Positions 52,507 to 62,190 of a stretch of 64,000 bases of DNA are shown piece after piece. A program made the position numbers and the translations under genes. Every line of letters starts with the position of its first letter. Positions within the stretch are counted from its first letter, which is position 1. Source of the DNA: Burkholderiales bacterium (GTDB lineage: Bacteria; Pseudomonadota; Gammaproteobacteria; Burkholderiales; Casimicrobiaceae). The DNA is taken from assembly GCA_031270015.1 (NCBI GenBank), contig JAISYH010000018.1, positions 14,981 to 78,980 on the forward strand, written 5' to 3'. The notes beneath the pieces were generated by a model. The model did not search any database and had not been told where the DNA came from. It was given only the letters and a program-made list of their open reading frames with translations.

Positions 52507-54371
52507 GGTGCAGTAGGCGTCAGCGGCTCATCGATGTTGAGCCGCCTCATCGTTTCATGGATCAATGAATCTTTCGACACGCCTTGCAAACCATGTTTCC
52601 ATACTTGTCGCGCTTCTTCGAGCTTGCCTAATTGCCACAATACTTCGCCCAAATGCGCGGCGACTTCGGAGTCGGGAAGCGTTTCCATTGCTTTACGCAA
52701 GTACGGTAACGCTTCTTCGAGCTTTCCTTGACGGTAAAGCGCCCAACCCATGCTGTCGAGAATCGCACCGTCTTCCGGTTTGGCTTGCAACGCTTTTTCG
52801 ATGAGCGCCGCGCCTTCCTCGATATTGATTTGATGATCGACCAGCGTATAACCAAGCCCGTTTTGGATATAAGGTTCGTTTGGACTCAGTGCCAGCGCTT
52901 GACGGAGACGCGCAACCGCCGCCTTGATCTTTCCTTGTTTTTCTTCGACCAACGCTAGGTCCATATGCAGTTCCGCAGATTGTGGAAGCTGCGAGACGGC
53001 TTCTTCGAGTGTCACTCTTGCTTTTTCCCATTCTTCGGTATGACGATAAATCATCGCGCGCATTTGAGCTACCGAGATACGTTCTTCCAATGTAATTGCG
53101 GGCAGGTCGGCGAGCCACGTCATCGCTTCGTTGCTTTGATCGGCGCGAAGCAATAATTGCGCGATATGGATTTGAATACTCCACCAATGCTCGTCTTTGG
53201 TGATTTGTTTGTACCAGTAAATCGCTTCGTCAAGTCGCCTTTCGTCTTCGGCAATGCGCGCGTAAGTTTTAATCAACTCGTTGGCTTTTTGCGGCGCGCC
53301 CGATTGGCGTACATCCTCAAGCAAATCCAACACCGCGCGATGATCGCGCATTTCCATCGACAGCGCGGCGGCGGCGACCAATGCGTCATCCGAACCGTCG
53401 TCACGCCAGATTTTCAAGAACCATTCTCGCGCTTCGCCGAAATTTTTTTGCTTGACATACACGCGAGCGACAAACGACCATAATATTTTTTTGTCAGGAT
53501 ATTCTTCGATGGTTTTCAAAAGCCAAGGCAACAGTTCTTCCGAATCAGCGCGATCGAGCAGCAACGCCTTCAATTGCAGCGCTTCATCCCACTCTGGCTC
53601 GAGGCGTAGCGCGTCGTCAATGGCTTCTTCACCTTCGCGCAGAATCGCCATTATTTCTTCAGGCGGTTCTCCAGTGAATTCTTCGGGCGTTGCCAAAAAC
53701 GCCGCCAACGCCAGCGCGTAATGCGCTTCCGGCTGGTACGGATAGGGCAGTGATACGTCGCGGACGATATCGAAAGCGACTCTTTTGTCGGACAACTGGC
53801 GCAGCGCCGAATTGATTTGCAAAAAAACCGCGCCGAGCGTATCGGTAGAGGAAGCGTCTCGTAAAAGACCGGCGAGCGATTCACGAATATGCCATTCGTC
53901 AGCTTGTTCTTTCAACGGCGACAACGCAAAACGCGCTAATTGCTGGCGCAATCTTTGCGGACGTTCCGCCTTCGGAGCCAGCGTTTGCCAAAGCTCCAAA
54001 GAATCTTTCAGTAAAACGTTATCGCGCGCCGCCAACGCGCTTTCCGTAGCGCGTTGCGCGAACCACGGTGCTTTCGTTTCTTCGGCGATGCGTAAAAACG
54101 TGCGCGTCGCCAAAACCGGATCATTGCGTTGCAGCGCGACATTGGCAAGCAAAATATCGTAGAAACGCTCTTCAGTCAGCGGCGGTGTTTGGACGTCGGC
54201 GCTTTGCGTTTGCGGATTCTTCAAGTCACCGTTTTGCGTCTCCGCGTGCCCAGCGGCAACGGGCTGAATCACCGGTTGCATACATGCGGTCAATGCGCTG
54301 ACTGACACGATCACAAAAACGGCAACGAACCATAATCGCCAGCGAGGATTCAAGACATGGAAAAACGCCAT
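52503..54371 (-). CDS. Tetratricopeptide-repeat protein with an N-terminal signal anchor
   Basis: 622 aa with repeated 34-residue TPR-like units, for example 'AELHMDLALVEEKQGKIKAAVARLRQALALSPN' and 'ILDSMGWALYRQGKLEEALPYLRKAME'. It is upstream of lolB-ispE. Confidence 0.7.
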   Translation of the reverse strand: MAFFHVLNPRWRLWFVAVFVIVSVSALTACMQPVIQPVAAGHAETQNGDLKNPQTQSADVQTPPLTEERFYDILLANVALQRNDPVLATRTFLRIAEETKAPWFAQRATESALAARDNVLLKDSLELWQTLAPKAERPQRLRQQLARFALSPLKEQADEWHIRESLAGLLRDASSTDTLGAVFLQINSALRQLSDKRVAFDIVRDVSLPYPYQPEAHYALALAAFLATPEEFTGEPPEEIMAILREGEEAIDDALRLEPEWDEALQLKALLLDRADSEELLPWLLKTIEEYPDKKILWSFVARVYVKQKNFGEAREWFLKIWRDDGSDDALVAAAALSMEMRDHRAVLDLLEDVRQSGAPQKANELIKTYARIAEDERRLDEAIYWYKQITKDEHWWSIQIHIAQLLLRADQSNEAMTWLADLPAITLEERISVAQMRAMIYRHTEEWEKARVTLEEAVSQLPQSAELHMDLALVEEKQGKIKAAVARLRQALALSPNEPYIQNGLGYTLVDHQINIEEGAALIEKALQAKPEDGAILDSMGWALYRQGKLEEALPYLRKAMETLPDSEVAAHLGEVLWQLGKLEEARQVWKHGLQGVSKDSLIHETMRRLNIDEPLTPTAP

Positions 54372-54502
54372 GATATTTTTACGATGCTACGAAAAATCAA
54401 AGCATAAACGATTGCGGCGGCATCTACCAAATGTATCGTAAAATCAGGTATGCTTACATGCTTCTAAAACACGCCAGTTACCCGTTTTCACCGTTTGCGC
54501 GT

Positions 54503-55330
54503 ATGCCAGAACTTCCCGAAGTCGAAATTACCGTACGCAGTATCGCGCCTATCATTTCCGGTCAGACGGTCGTGGATTTTCGCAGCCATCATCGCAAGTT
54601 GCGACGACCGATCCCGGCGAATCTGGCAACGCAGCTCATCGGGCAAACCGTGCGCCATGTTTTTCGGCGCGCCAAATATATCATTATTGATTTCGATCAT
54701 GGTTCGTTGATCGTACATTTGGGAATGAGTGGCAGCTTGCGACTCATCGCTGGCGCGACCAGTGACATACCGCCGCGCAAAAAACACGATCATTTAGAAT
54801 GGTTTTTCAGCAATGGCATATTACTTCGTTACCATGATCCGCGTCGTTTTGGGCTTTGCGTGTGGACGACTTCGCCGCCGTTGACGCACGCGCTGTTCGC
54901 GCGATTAGGTCCTGAGCCGTTCGACGAAAGGCTGACCGCGGAACAACTGCAAATCTCTTTTTCGCGGCGCAGCATCGCGATCAAAAATGCCTTGATGGAC
55001 GCGGCGATCATCGTCGGCGTCGGTAACATTTATGCCAATGAAGCATTATTTCGCGCCGGAATTCATCCCGAAACGCCCGCTTGCCAATTGAGGCGAGCGC
55101 GGGTGTCGCGCTTGCTTGCCGCTATCCGCGCCACATTGAACGACGCGCTCGCTGCAGGCGGCAGCAGTTTGCGCGACTATGTGCATACGGACGGTGAAGA
55201 AGGTTGGTTTCAATTACAAACCTTCGTTTACGGGCGCAGTGGCGAGTCTTGTCGAAAATGCGGCACGCTTATTCGTACCATACGACAAAGCGGGCGGGCA
55301 ACATATTATTGCGCGCGCTGTCAAAAATAA
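54503..55330 (+). CDS. mutM: Formamidopyrimidine-DNA glycosylase
   Basis: It starts 'MPELPEVE' with the catalytic Pro2. It has the H2TH segment 'GVGNIYANEALFRAGIHP' and the zinc finger 'CRKCGTLIRTIRQSGRATYYCARCQ'. Confidence 0.92.
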   Translation: MPELPEVEITVRSIAPIISGQTVVDFRSHHRKLRRPIPANLATQLIGQTVRHVFRRAKYIIIDFDHGSLIVHLGMSGSLRLIAGATSDIPPRKKHDHLEWFFSNGILLRYHDPRRFGLCVWTTSPPLTHALFARLGPEPFDERLTAEQLQISFSRRSIAIKNALMDAAIIVGVGNIYANEALFRAGIHPETPACQLRRARVSRLLAAIRATLNDALAAGGSSLRDYVHTDGEEGWFQLQTFVYGRSGESCRKCGTLIRTIRQSGRATYYCARCQK

Positions 55331-55451
55331 TGCGACAATTTTACAAATTCACAGGAAAAAGATCGCTTTCCTCGATGGTTAGAGCGCTGAAACAAAGCGA
55401 GCATGTCATCGCTGTGATACATTGATACATATTAACTACGATGATTTGTGT

Positions 55452-57446
55452 ATGGATCGGCAATTGCAAAATCTGGCAGCCCGTTTTGAAGCCTACAGTC
55501 AATGGCGGCGTCAACTATCGTCGCGTATCGAAAAATTGGAGCAATGGCTTACGGCGCAAACGCTTACCAATCCGCAAACACAAAAAGCTTTCGAACAGAT
55601 TCGCGCGCGCCTCAACGAAGATAAATTGGTGCTTGCTTTCGTCGCTGAATTTTCACGAGGCAAGTCCGAACTGATCAACGCGCTGTTTTTTTCGGGATTC
55701 GGACAGCGTCTTTTGCCTTCTTCCGCCGGAAGGACTACGATGTGTCCGACGGAACTTTTGTACGATCCGAAAGAACCGCCGCATTTGCTTTTGTTGCCGG
55801 TAGAAACGCGCAAAGACAAAACGTCGGTAACCGATCTGAAACGCAATCCGTCGGTTTGGGAAAGTTTTCCGCTAGACCTTTCGACGCCAGAAGCGATGAG
55901 TGAAACGCTGCAAAGAGTTTCTCAGATCAAACAAGTGCCGCTCAATGTTGCGCATCAGTACGGTTTTTTTGATACCGACGAAGAAGCAACGAAGATTTTA
56001 GAGCGCGGTGATGACAAAGTGGATATTCCATGTTGGCGGCACGCGATCATCAATTTTCCGCATCCGATGTTGGAACAGGGGTTGGTGATTCTTGATACGC
56101 CCGGTCTGAACGCGATCGGCACCGAGCCAGAACTGACTTTTTCGTTGTTGCCCAGCGCGCATAGCGTGCTTTATATCCTTGCCGCCGATGCCGGTGTGAC
56201 CAAAACCGATCTCGATGTTTGGGAGCAGCATCTCGTTTCCAGCGACCCCGCGTCCAAACACGGGCATGTGATCGTGTTGAACAAAATCGACGGTCTTTGG
56301 GACGAGTTGAAAACAGCGGAGGCGATACAAGGAGAAATCGACAAACAGGTGGAATCTACCGCTAAAATTCTCGATATCCCGCCGGAGCAAATTTATCCGT
56401 TGTCGGCGCAAAAAGGGTTGTTGGCAAAAATCAGTGGCGACGATAAATTGCTGGAGAGAAGCCGCGTGCCCGAATTGGAACAGGCGTTGACCAGCCGCAT
56501 TCTTCCGGCGCGCCGTCAGATCGTCAGTGGGACGACGCAAGCCGATTTGTATGCGCTGATTCGCGGCATTCGTGGTTTACTCGATATGCGCGAAGATGGG
56601 ATGCATGAGCAGCTCGATCAGTTGTTCATTATGCGCAACAAGAATAAAGATGTCGTGTTGGGTTTGCTCGACCAAACCAAAACGGAGAAACAAGCATTTG
56701 AGCAAGGACTGGCGCGCTATACCGCGATGCGCCGTATTTTCACCCACCACACCAACGCTTTGCTCGATGCTACCGATATGGACGCGTTGCGCGCCAATGC
56801 TAACCGCACTCATCTTGCTCTGGAAGCAGCGTCGCAGACCAAAAATGTGCGGCGCGCCATCGACATGTTTTTTACGACGCTTGTGGAAGATTTATCTGAA
56901 GCTGAAAAACAAGCCGAAGAGATTTATGAGATGGTCAAAGGAATGTCTTCTCGTTTTTCCAAAGAACTCAAGATGCGACCATTCGAACCACGTCGGTATT
57001 CGTTTGAAAAATGCTGTCGGGAAATTGACCGGCTTCATCATGCTTATGTAAGCCGTTTTGACACGTTGTGGGGGCGTACCGCAAGAGTGAAATTACAGCC
57101 GATGCAGCGGTTTTTCGAAGCCATCGTCACCCGCGCCAAACATGTTTATCATGTCGCCAACCGTGACGCTGAAAGCTGGCTGAAAAACATCATGGTGCCG
57201 TTGGAAACGCAGATACGCGAACGCCATCAGCAACTGCGGAAGCATCAGGAAAACGCGCGGCAGATTGCTGTCGCCAGCAACGAAGCGGAAGAACATGTTC
57301 GTGAATTCAAAGAACAGCTTACGTTGATCAAGGCGCAGCAGAAAGTGCTGGAGGCGCATCTCGAAAAAATTGACGTTTTACTGGCGCAGACCGAGTCGGA
57401 TACTCCTGCTGAAACGAAATCTAAGGAATTAGTAATATCGCAATAA
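55452..57446 (+). CDS. Bacterial dynamin-like GTPase
   Basis: G1 'AEFSRGKSELINALF', G3 'ILDTPGLNAIG', G4 'VLNKIDGLWD', and a long predicted helical stalk in the C-terminal half. ATG at 55452 was chosen; an in-frame TTG lies at 55422. Confidence 0.75.
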   Translation: MDRQLQNLAARFEAYSQWRRQLSSRIEKLEQWLTAQTLTNPQTQKAFEQIRARLNEDKLVLAFVAEFSRGKSELINALFFSGFGQRLLPSSAGRTTMCPTELLYDPKEPPHLLLLPVETRKDKTSVTDLKRNPSVWESFPLDLSTPEAMSETLQRVSQIKQVPLNVAHQYGFFDTDEEATKILERGDDKVDIPCWRHAIINFPHPMLEQGLVILDTPGLNAIGTEPELTFSLLPSAHSVLYILAADAGVTKTDLDVWEQHLVSSDPASKHGHVIVLNKIDGLWDELKTAEAIQGEIDKQVESTAKILDIPPEQIYPLSAQKGLLAKISGDDKLLERSRVPELEQALTSRILPARRQIVSGTTQADLYALIRGIRGLLDMREDGMHEQLDQLFIMRNKNKDVVLGLLDQTKTEKQAFEQGLARYTAMRRIFTHHTNALLDATDMDALRANANRTHLALEAASQTKNVRRAIDMFFTTLVEDLSEAEKQAEEIYEMVKGMSSRFSKELKMRPFEPRRYSFEKCCREIDRLHHAYVSRFDTLWGRTARVKLQPMQRFFEAIVTRAKHVYHVANRDAESWLKNIMVPLETQIRERHQQLRKHQENARQIAVASNEAEEHVREFKEQLTLIKAQQKVLEAHLEKIDVLLAQTESDTPAETKSKELVISQ

Positions 57447-57528
57447 GGCGGGCGATTATGTTTGCCATTTTTTTCGCAAGGTTTCGCAAACAAGCGGGCA
57501 ATCAAGTGAATAAACAAGGGGCGGCGCA

Positions 57529-57557
57529 TTGTTCCGACTTGAAATCACGCTTACAAT
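57529..57557 (+). promoter_or_regulatory. Sigma70-type promoter candidate (TTGTTC, 17-nt spacer, TACAAT) upstream of tRNA-Gly
   Basis: The hexamers were read at 57529-57534 and 57552-57557. The tRNA 5' end is about 60 nt downstream. Confidence 0.35.
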
Positions 57558-57617
57558 ACCCTTGGTCGAAGTGTTTGCGTATTCGGCGGTTGCCGATATG
57601 CCGACGTAACAGTGTTT

Positions 57618-57691
57618 GCGGGCGTAGTTCAATGGTAGAACGGCGGCTTCCCAAGCCTCAAGCGTGGGTTCGATTCCCATCGCCCGCTCCA
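57618..57691 (+). tRNA. tRNA-Gly (anticodon CCC), with CCA encoded
   Basis: GCGGGCG TA GTTC AATGGTA GAAC G GCGGC TTCCCAA GCCTC AAGC GTGGG TTCGATT CCCAT CGCCCGC T CCA. It is 74 nt with a canonical cloverleaf. Confidence 0.95.
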
Positions 57692-57695
57692 ATTC

Positions 57696-57732
57696 GGCGG
57701 CGTCTGTACTATGTCGCCGCTTTTCGTTTTTT
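57696..57732 (+). terminator. Hairpin with a T-rich tail between tRNA-Gly and glyQ
   Basis: GGCGGC-(11 nt)-GTCGCC is a 6-bp stem with one G-U pair, followed by GCTTTTCGTTTTTT. Confidence 0.45.
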
Positions 57733-57780
57733 CAGCGCGTTCAGGCGAGAAAGATGGCGGTTTCTAAGATCAGGAAGGCA

Positions 57781-58698
57781 ATGCTTACTTTTCAACAATT
57801 GATTTTAAATTTGCAAAATTACTGGAATCGGCAGGGCTGCGCGTTGTTGCAGCCTTACGATATGGAGGTCGGTGCCGGTACTTCGCACACCGCGACGTTT
57901 TTGCGCGCGCTGGGTCCCGAACCGTGGCGCGCCGGTTATGTGCAGCCGTCGCGTCGTCCCAAAGACGGGCGTTACGGCGAAAACCCGAATCGTTTGCAAC
58001 ACTATTACCAATATCAGGTGGTATTGAAACCCGCGCCCGCTAATATTCTTGATCTTTATTTCGGTTCGCTCGAAGATTTGGGATTCAATTTGGCGACCAA
58101 CGATATCCGATTGGTCGAGGACGACTGGGAAAATCCAACGCTCGGCGCGTGGGGTTTGGGCTGGGAAGTTTGGCTCAACGGTATGGAGGTTACACAATTC
58201 ACGTATTTCCAGCAAGTCGGCGGACTGGATTGTAATCCGGTGACTGGCGAAATCACTTACGGACTGGAACGTCTGGCAATGTATTTGCAAGGCAAGGAAA
58301 ACGTTTACGATTTGATTTGGACAGAGTACGAAGAAAACGGCGAAACGCGCGCGCTCACCTACGGCGATGTGTATCATCAGAACGAAGTCGAACAATCCCG
58401 CTACAATTTTGAATTGTCCAATGCGCAAAAACTGTTTGAACTGTTTACTTTTTTTGAGAGCGAAGCCAAGCGTTTGCTCGAAGAAAAGCTGCCGCTGCCC
58501 GGTTACGAAATGATTTTGAAGGCGGCGCATACATTCAATTTGCTTGACGCGCGCGGCGCGATTTCGGTCACCGAGCGTGCGGCGTATATCGGACGCATTC
58601 GCGCGTTGAGTCGGCTGGTCGCGCAAACGTATATCGCTTCGCGTGAAGCGTTGCAATTTCCGATGTTGCCGGATGAATTCCGGCAACCGACGGTCTGA
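57781..58698 (+). CDS. glyQ: Glycine-tRNA ligase alpha subunit
   Basis: It starts '[27 protein letters not shown]' and has '[26 protein letters not shown]'. The ORF-track extension back to 57664 runs through the tRNA and is spurious. Confidence 0.96.
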   Translation: MLTFQQLILNLQNYWNRQGCALLQPYDMEVGAGTSHTATFLRALGPEPWRAGYVQPSRRPKDGRYGENPNRLQHYYQYQVVLKPAPANILDLYFGSLEDLGFNLATNDIRLVEDDWENPTLGAWGLGWEVWLNGMEVTQFTYFQQVGGLDCNPVTGEITYGLERLAMYLQGKENVYDLIWTEYEENGETRALTYGDVYHQNEVEQSRYNFELSNAQKLFELFTFFESEAKRLLEEKLPLPGYEMILKAAHTFNLLDARGAISVTERAAYIGRIRALSRLVAQTYIASREALQFPMLPDEFRQPTV

Positions 58699-58708
58699 AG
58701 GATTGATC

Positions 58709-60850
58709 ATGACCGATACTTTACTCATCGAATTGCTGACGGAAGAATTGCCGCCAAAAGCGTTGAAGCAATTGAGCGCGTCGTTTGCCGCGCTGATCAC
58801 GGGTTCATTGCGTAATCAAAACTTTCTTTCGGCGTCTTCCGAAATGATCGCTTGGGGAACGCCTCGTCGGTTGGCGGTCACGATCAAGCATGTGGCGAAT
58901 CGTTCGCCGGATCGCACGCAAACACAAAAGATTCTGCCGGTAAACATTGCGTTTGATGCGGCGGGTAAACCGACAATGCCGCTGATGCGCAAATTGGCGT
59001 CTCTCGGCTTGACCGATGACGATATTTCTCGTTTGAAACGTGCCGATGACGGCAAAACCGAAGCGTTGTTTTTCGACAGCGTGATCGTAGGTAAAACACT
59101 GGTTGCGGGGGTGCAGGAAGCGTTGGATGCGGCGATCGCGCAACTGCCCATTCCGAAAGTGATGCGTTATCCGCGTCGCGGCGGTTACTACAGCGATGTC
59201 AGTTTTGTGCGTCCCGCGCATCGCCTATTGGTATTGTACGGAAGCGATGTGCTGTCCGTGCGGGCATTGGGGCTTGACGCCAATCGGATCACGCAGGGGC
59301 ATCGTTTTCTTAGCGCGACCGCCGAGATCGAGATTGATCACGCGGAAAACTACGCAGCTTTGCTGGAGCGACAAGGGAAAGTCATTGCGTCGTTTGAAGC
59401 GCGGCGCGAGCGTATCAAACGGTCATTGCGGGAAGCATCGGGAAATAATCATGTCGTCGTGCCGGATGCGTTGCTCGATGAAGTGACTTCTTTGGTGGAG
59501 CTGCCCATCGTTTATCGCGGCGCATTCGATCAGGCGTTTCTCGAAGTGCCCCAGGAATGTTTGATTCTGACGATGCAACAGAATCAGAAATATTTTGCGT
59601 TGACTGACGCCGACGACAAACTGGTCGAATATTTTTTGATGGTATCCAATATCGACGCCGATCAACCCGACGCAATCATCAAAGGAAACGAACGTGTATT
59701 GCGCGCGAGACTTGCCGACGCGCGTTTCTTCTATCAACAGGATGCCCAAACGCCATTGATCGACCGTTTGGACAAATTGTCGCACATCGTTTATTTCAAG
59801 GGCTTGGGCAGCCAGCGCGACCGCGTCGAACGCATACGCTTGATCACGAATACGTTGGCGGAAATACTCGGCGCTGACGCGCGGAACGCCGAGCGCATTG
59901 CGCTGTTGAGCAAAGCGGATTTGACCACCGATATGGTCGGCGAATTTCCCGAACTGCAAGGAATCATGGGACGTTATTACGCGCTGCGCGACGGCGAGTC
60001 GGATATCGTCGCCGCTGGTGTGGAACAACATTATCGCCCCCGTTTTTCCGGTGATGCGTTGCCGACATTGATGGATGCGATGAGCGTTGCCATCGCCGAT
60101 AAAATCGAAGCGATTTTCGGCATGTTTGCGATGGGTAATGTACCGACCGGCGACAAAGACCCGTTCGGTTTGCGGCGCGCCGCTATTGGTATTTTGCGGA
60201 TGATGATGGAACGTTCTTTGTCGTTGTCGATGCATGACTTGATCGCGGCGGCGCGCGCGGCGTTTGCGCCGTTGTCGCTGGCGGTCGCCGACCGTAAGGG
60301 AGAAACGAAAGCGGCGGACTTATCTTCGGCGAGCGTTGCCATTGAAGATTTTTTCTATGACCGATTGCGCGGTCTTTTGAAAGACGAGGGTTATCCGGTT
60401 TCAATAATTGAGGCGGTGCTCGCGCAACGCCCACAAGATATTGCTTCCGTGCCTAAACGATTGTATGCCGTGCGCGCGTTCAATACGTTGCCGGAATCCG
60501 AAGCGCTGGCGGCTGCCAACAAACGCATCGTCAATATCCTTAAAAAAGCGGATGAGGCGGCGCAACAAACAACGGTACAGCCCGCGTTGTTCCGCGCCGC
60601 CGCTGAAAAAATGTTGCATGATGTTTTTGCCGCCAAACTCAACGATGAAGTCGATGCGGCAATGAATCACGGCGATTTCACGAAAGCCTTGCAAGTATTG
60701 GCGAGCGCGCGTGGCGCGATTGACCAATTTTTCGACGAGGTGATGGTGATGGTTGACGATCCGGCGGTACGTAATAATCGTCTTGCGTTATTGAGCGCGA
60801 TTCGGCGGACGATGAATCGTGTCGCCGAAATCGCGATGTTGGCGAGGTAA
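58709..60850 (+). CDS. glyS: Glycine-tRNA ligase beta subunit
   Basis: It starts 'MTDTLLIELLTEELPPKAL' and has 'GTPRRLAV', 'EFPELQGIMGRYYA' and 'KDPFGLRRAAIGILR'. Confidence 0.95.
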   Translation: MTDTLLIELLTEELPPKALKQLSASFAALITGSLRNQNFLSASSEMIAWGTPRRLAVTIKHVANRSPDRTQTQKILPVNIAFDAAGKPTMPLMRKLASLGLTDDDISRLKRADDGKTEALFFDSVIVGKTLVAGVQEALDAAIAQLPIPKVMRYPRRGGYYSDVSFVRPAHRLLVLYGSDVLSVRALGLDANRITQGHRFLSATAEIEIDHAENYAALLERQGKVIASFEARRERIKRSLREASGNNHVVVPDALLDEVTSLVELPIVYRGAFDQAFLEVPQECLILTMQQNQKYFALTDADDKLVEYFLMVSNIDADQPDAIIKGNERVLRARLADARFFYQQDAQTPLIDRLDKLSHIVYFKGLGSQRDRVERIRLITNTLAEILGADARNAERIALLSKADLTTDMVGEFPELQGIMGRYYALRDGESDIVAAGVEQHYRPRFSGDALPTLMDAMSVAIADKIEAIFGMFAMGNVPTGDKDPFGLRRAAIGILRMMMERSLSLSMHDLIAAARAAFAPLSLAVADRKGETKAADLSSASVAIEDFFYDRLRGLLKDEGYPVSIIEAVLAQRPQDIASVPKRLYAVRAFNTLPESEALAAANKRIVNILKKADEAAQQTTVQPALFRAAAEKMLHDVFAAKLNDEVDAAMNHGDFTKALQVLASARGAIDQFFDEVMVMVDDPAVRNNRLALLSAIRRTMNRVAEIAMLAR

Positions 60851-61443
60851 TGATGAACGTTGATCTTGCCGCGCCGAGCCGCCGTCTCAAGCTGATCGTG
60901 CTTGACCGCGACGGCGTTATCAATTTCGACAACGAAGAATACGTTAAATCGCCGGAAGAATGGGTGCCATTGCCCGGAAGCTTGGAGGCAATCGCGCAAC
61001 TGAATTCGGGCGGTTATCACGTAGTCATCGCCACCAATCAATCGGGCATCGGGCGCGGGTTGTTCGACGCGCAAATATTGATCGCGATTCATGCCAAAAT
61101 GCATCAAATGCTCGGTCGTGTCGGCGGGCGCATCGATGCGGTTTTCTTTTGCCCGCATACGGAACGTTCCGCTTGCGATTGCCGAAAACCGAAGCCCGGG
61201 ATGTTGCGAGAAATCGCGCAGCGGTTTCGCATCGAGCTTGACGATGTGCCTTGTATCGGTGATTCATTGCGCGATTTACAAGCGGCAAGCGCGGTGAACG
61301 CGTTACCGATTTTGGTACGTACCGGTAAGGGCGAGGAAACTCTGAAAAACGGAACGTTGCCGCCACGTACGCAAGTTTTCGATAGCCTGGCTGATTTTGC
61401 CAACGCGCTACTGGCAGAATTGCCGATCAAACAAAAAACATAA
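60850..61443 (+). CDS. gmhB: D-glycero-beta-D-manno-heptose-1,7-bisphosphate 7-phosphatase
   Basis: HAD motif 'LIVLDRDGVIN', 'IATNQSGIGRG', the Zn-binding region 'FFCPHTERSACDCRKPKPGM', and 'IGDSLRD'. There is a TAATG overlap with the glyS stop. Confidence 0.88.
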   Translation: MMNVDLAAPSRRLKLIVLDRDGVINFDNEEYVKSPEEWVPLPGSLEAIAQLNSGGYHVVIATNQSGIGRGLFDAQILIAIHAKMHQMLGRVGGRIDAVFFCPHTERSACDCRKPKPGMLREIAQRFRIELDDVPCIGDSLRDLQAASAVNALPILVRTGKGEETLKNGTLPPRTQVFDSLADFANALLAELPIKQKT

Positions 61444-61449
61444 TCTTCG

Positions 61450-62190
61450 ATGATACGCTCGTGGTTGGGTTCGATTCTTTTCGCGCTGTTTCAAGCCGTT
61501 TTGACCTTTTTCTTTGTGCCGTTCGCACAGTGTTTTTTCTGGATGCCGCCACTCAAACGTTATCGGTTGTTGCTGATCTGGCCTCGCTTGAATTTATGGG
61601 CGGCGCGTTGGTTTTGCGGCATTCGTCATCGTGTCATCGGTCTTGAAAATTTGCCAGACCTTGTCATGCCGCACATTGTATTATCGAAACACAGCTCGAC
61701 ATGGGAAGTATTATGTGTTCCGTTGGTGATGCCGCGTCCATTGTGTTTTGTTGCCAAAAAAGAATTATTGTCGATTCCGTTTTTCGGTTGGGGCTTGGCA
61801 TTGGCGAAACCAATTACGATCGACCGCAGCGCGGGCGGCGCGGCGATGGGACAGATTTATACGCAAGGCGAAGCACGGATGCAAGAAGGTTTCTGGGTCA
61901 TTTTGTTTCCAGAGGGAACGCGCGTTTCGCCGGAGCAAAAATCGCGCTATAAGACTGGTGGCGCGCGTTTGGCGGCGACATTGCGCGTACCGGTAATTCC
62001 TGTAGCGCACAATGCGGGTTATCTCTGGCCGCGCGGCATTTTTGGCAAACGCGCCGGACTCATTACATTGTCGATAGGCAAACCGATTTCGCCTGACGGT
62101 AAAGAACCGCAACAGTTGATGAACGAAGTCGAAACATGGATCGAGGCGGAAGTCAAACGGCTCGGCTCTGGTTTGAGTGATCATGTTTAA
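61450..62190 (+). CDS. plsC: 1-acyl-sn-glycerol-3-phosphate acyltransferase family protein
   Basis: Acyltransferase blocks 'SKHSSTWEV', 'FPEGTR' and 'VPVIPVAHN', with an N-terminal membrane anchor. Confidence 0.8.
   Translation: MIRSWLGSILFALFQAVLTFFFVPFAQCFFWMPPLKRYRLLLIWPRLNLWAARWFCGIRHRVIGLENLPDLVMPHIVLSKHSSTWEVLCVPLVMPRPLCFVAKKELLSIPFFGWGLALAKPITIDRSAGGAAMGQIYTQGEARMQEGFWVILFPEGTRVSPEQKSRYKTGGARLAATLRVPVIPVAHNAGYLWPRGIFGKRAGLITLSIGKPISPDGKEPQQLMNEVETWIEAEVKRLGSGLSDHV

Noticed and set aside
57805-58800. Long antisense ORFs opposite well-supported genes. The 331-aa ORF here is opposite glyQ. Others are 59423-60235 opposite glyS, 25699-26469 opposite gpmI, 8734-9469 opposite rsmG/parA, 21497-22006 opposite mreC and 62894-63520 opposite lysA.
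   Set aside because: Their translations are Arg/Gln/His-rich and low-complexity with no motifs. They lie entirely inside genes with strong family signatures on the other strand. This is the usual shadow-ORF effect of codon bias.
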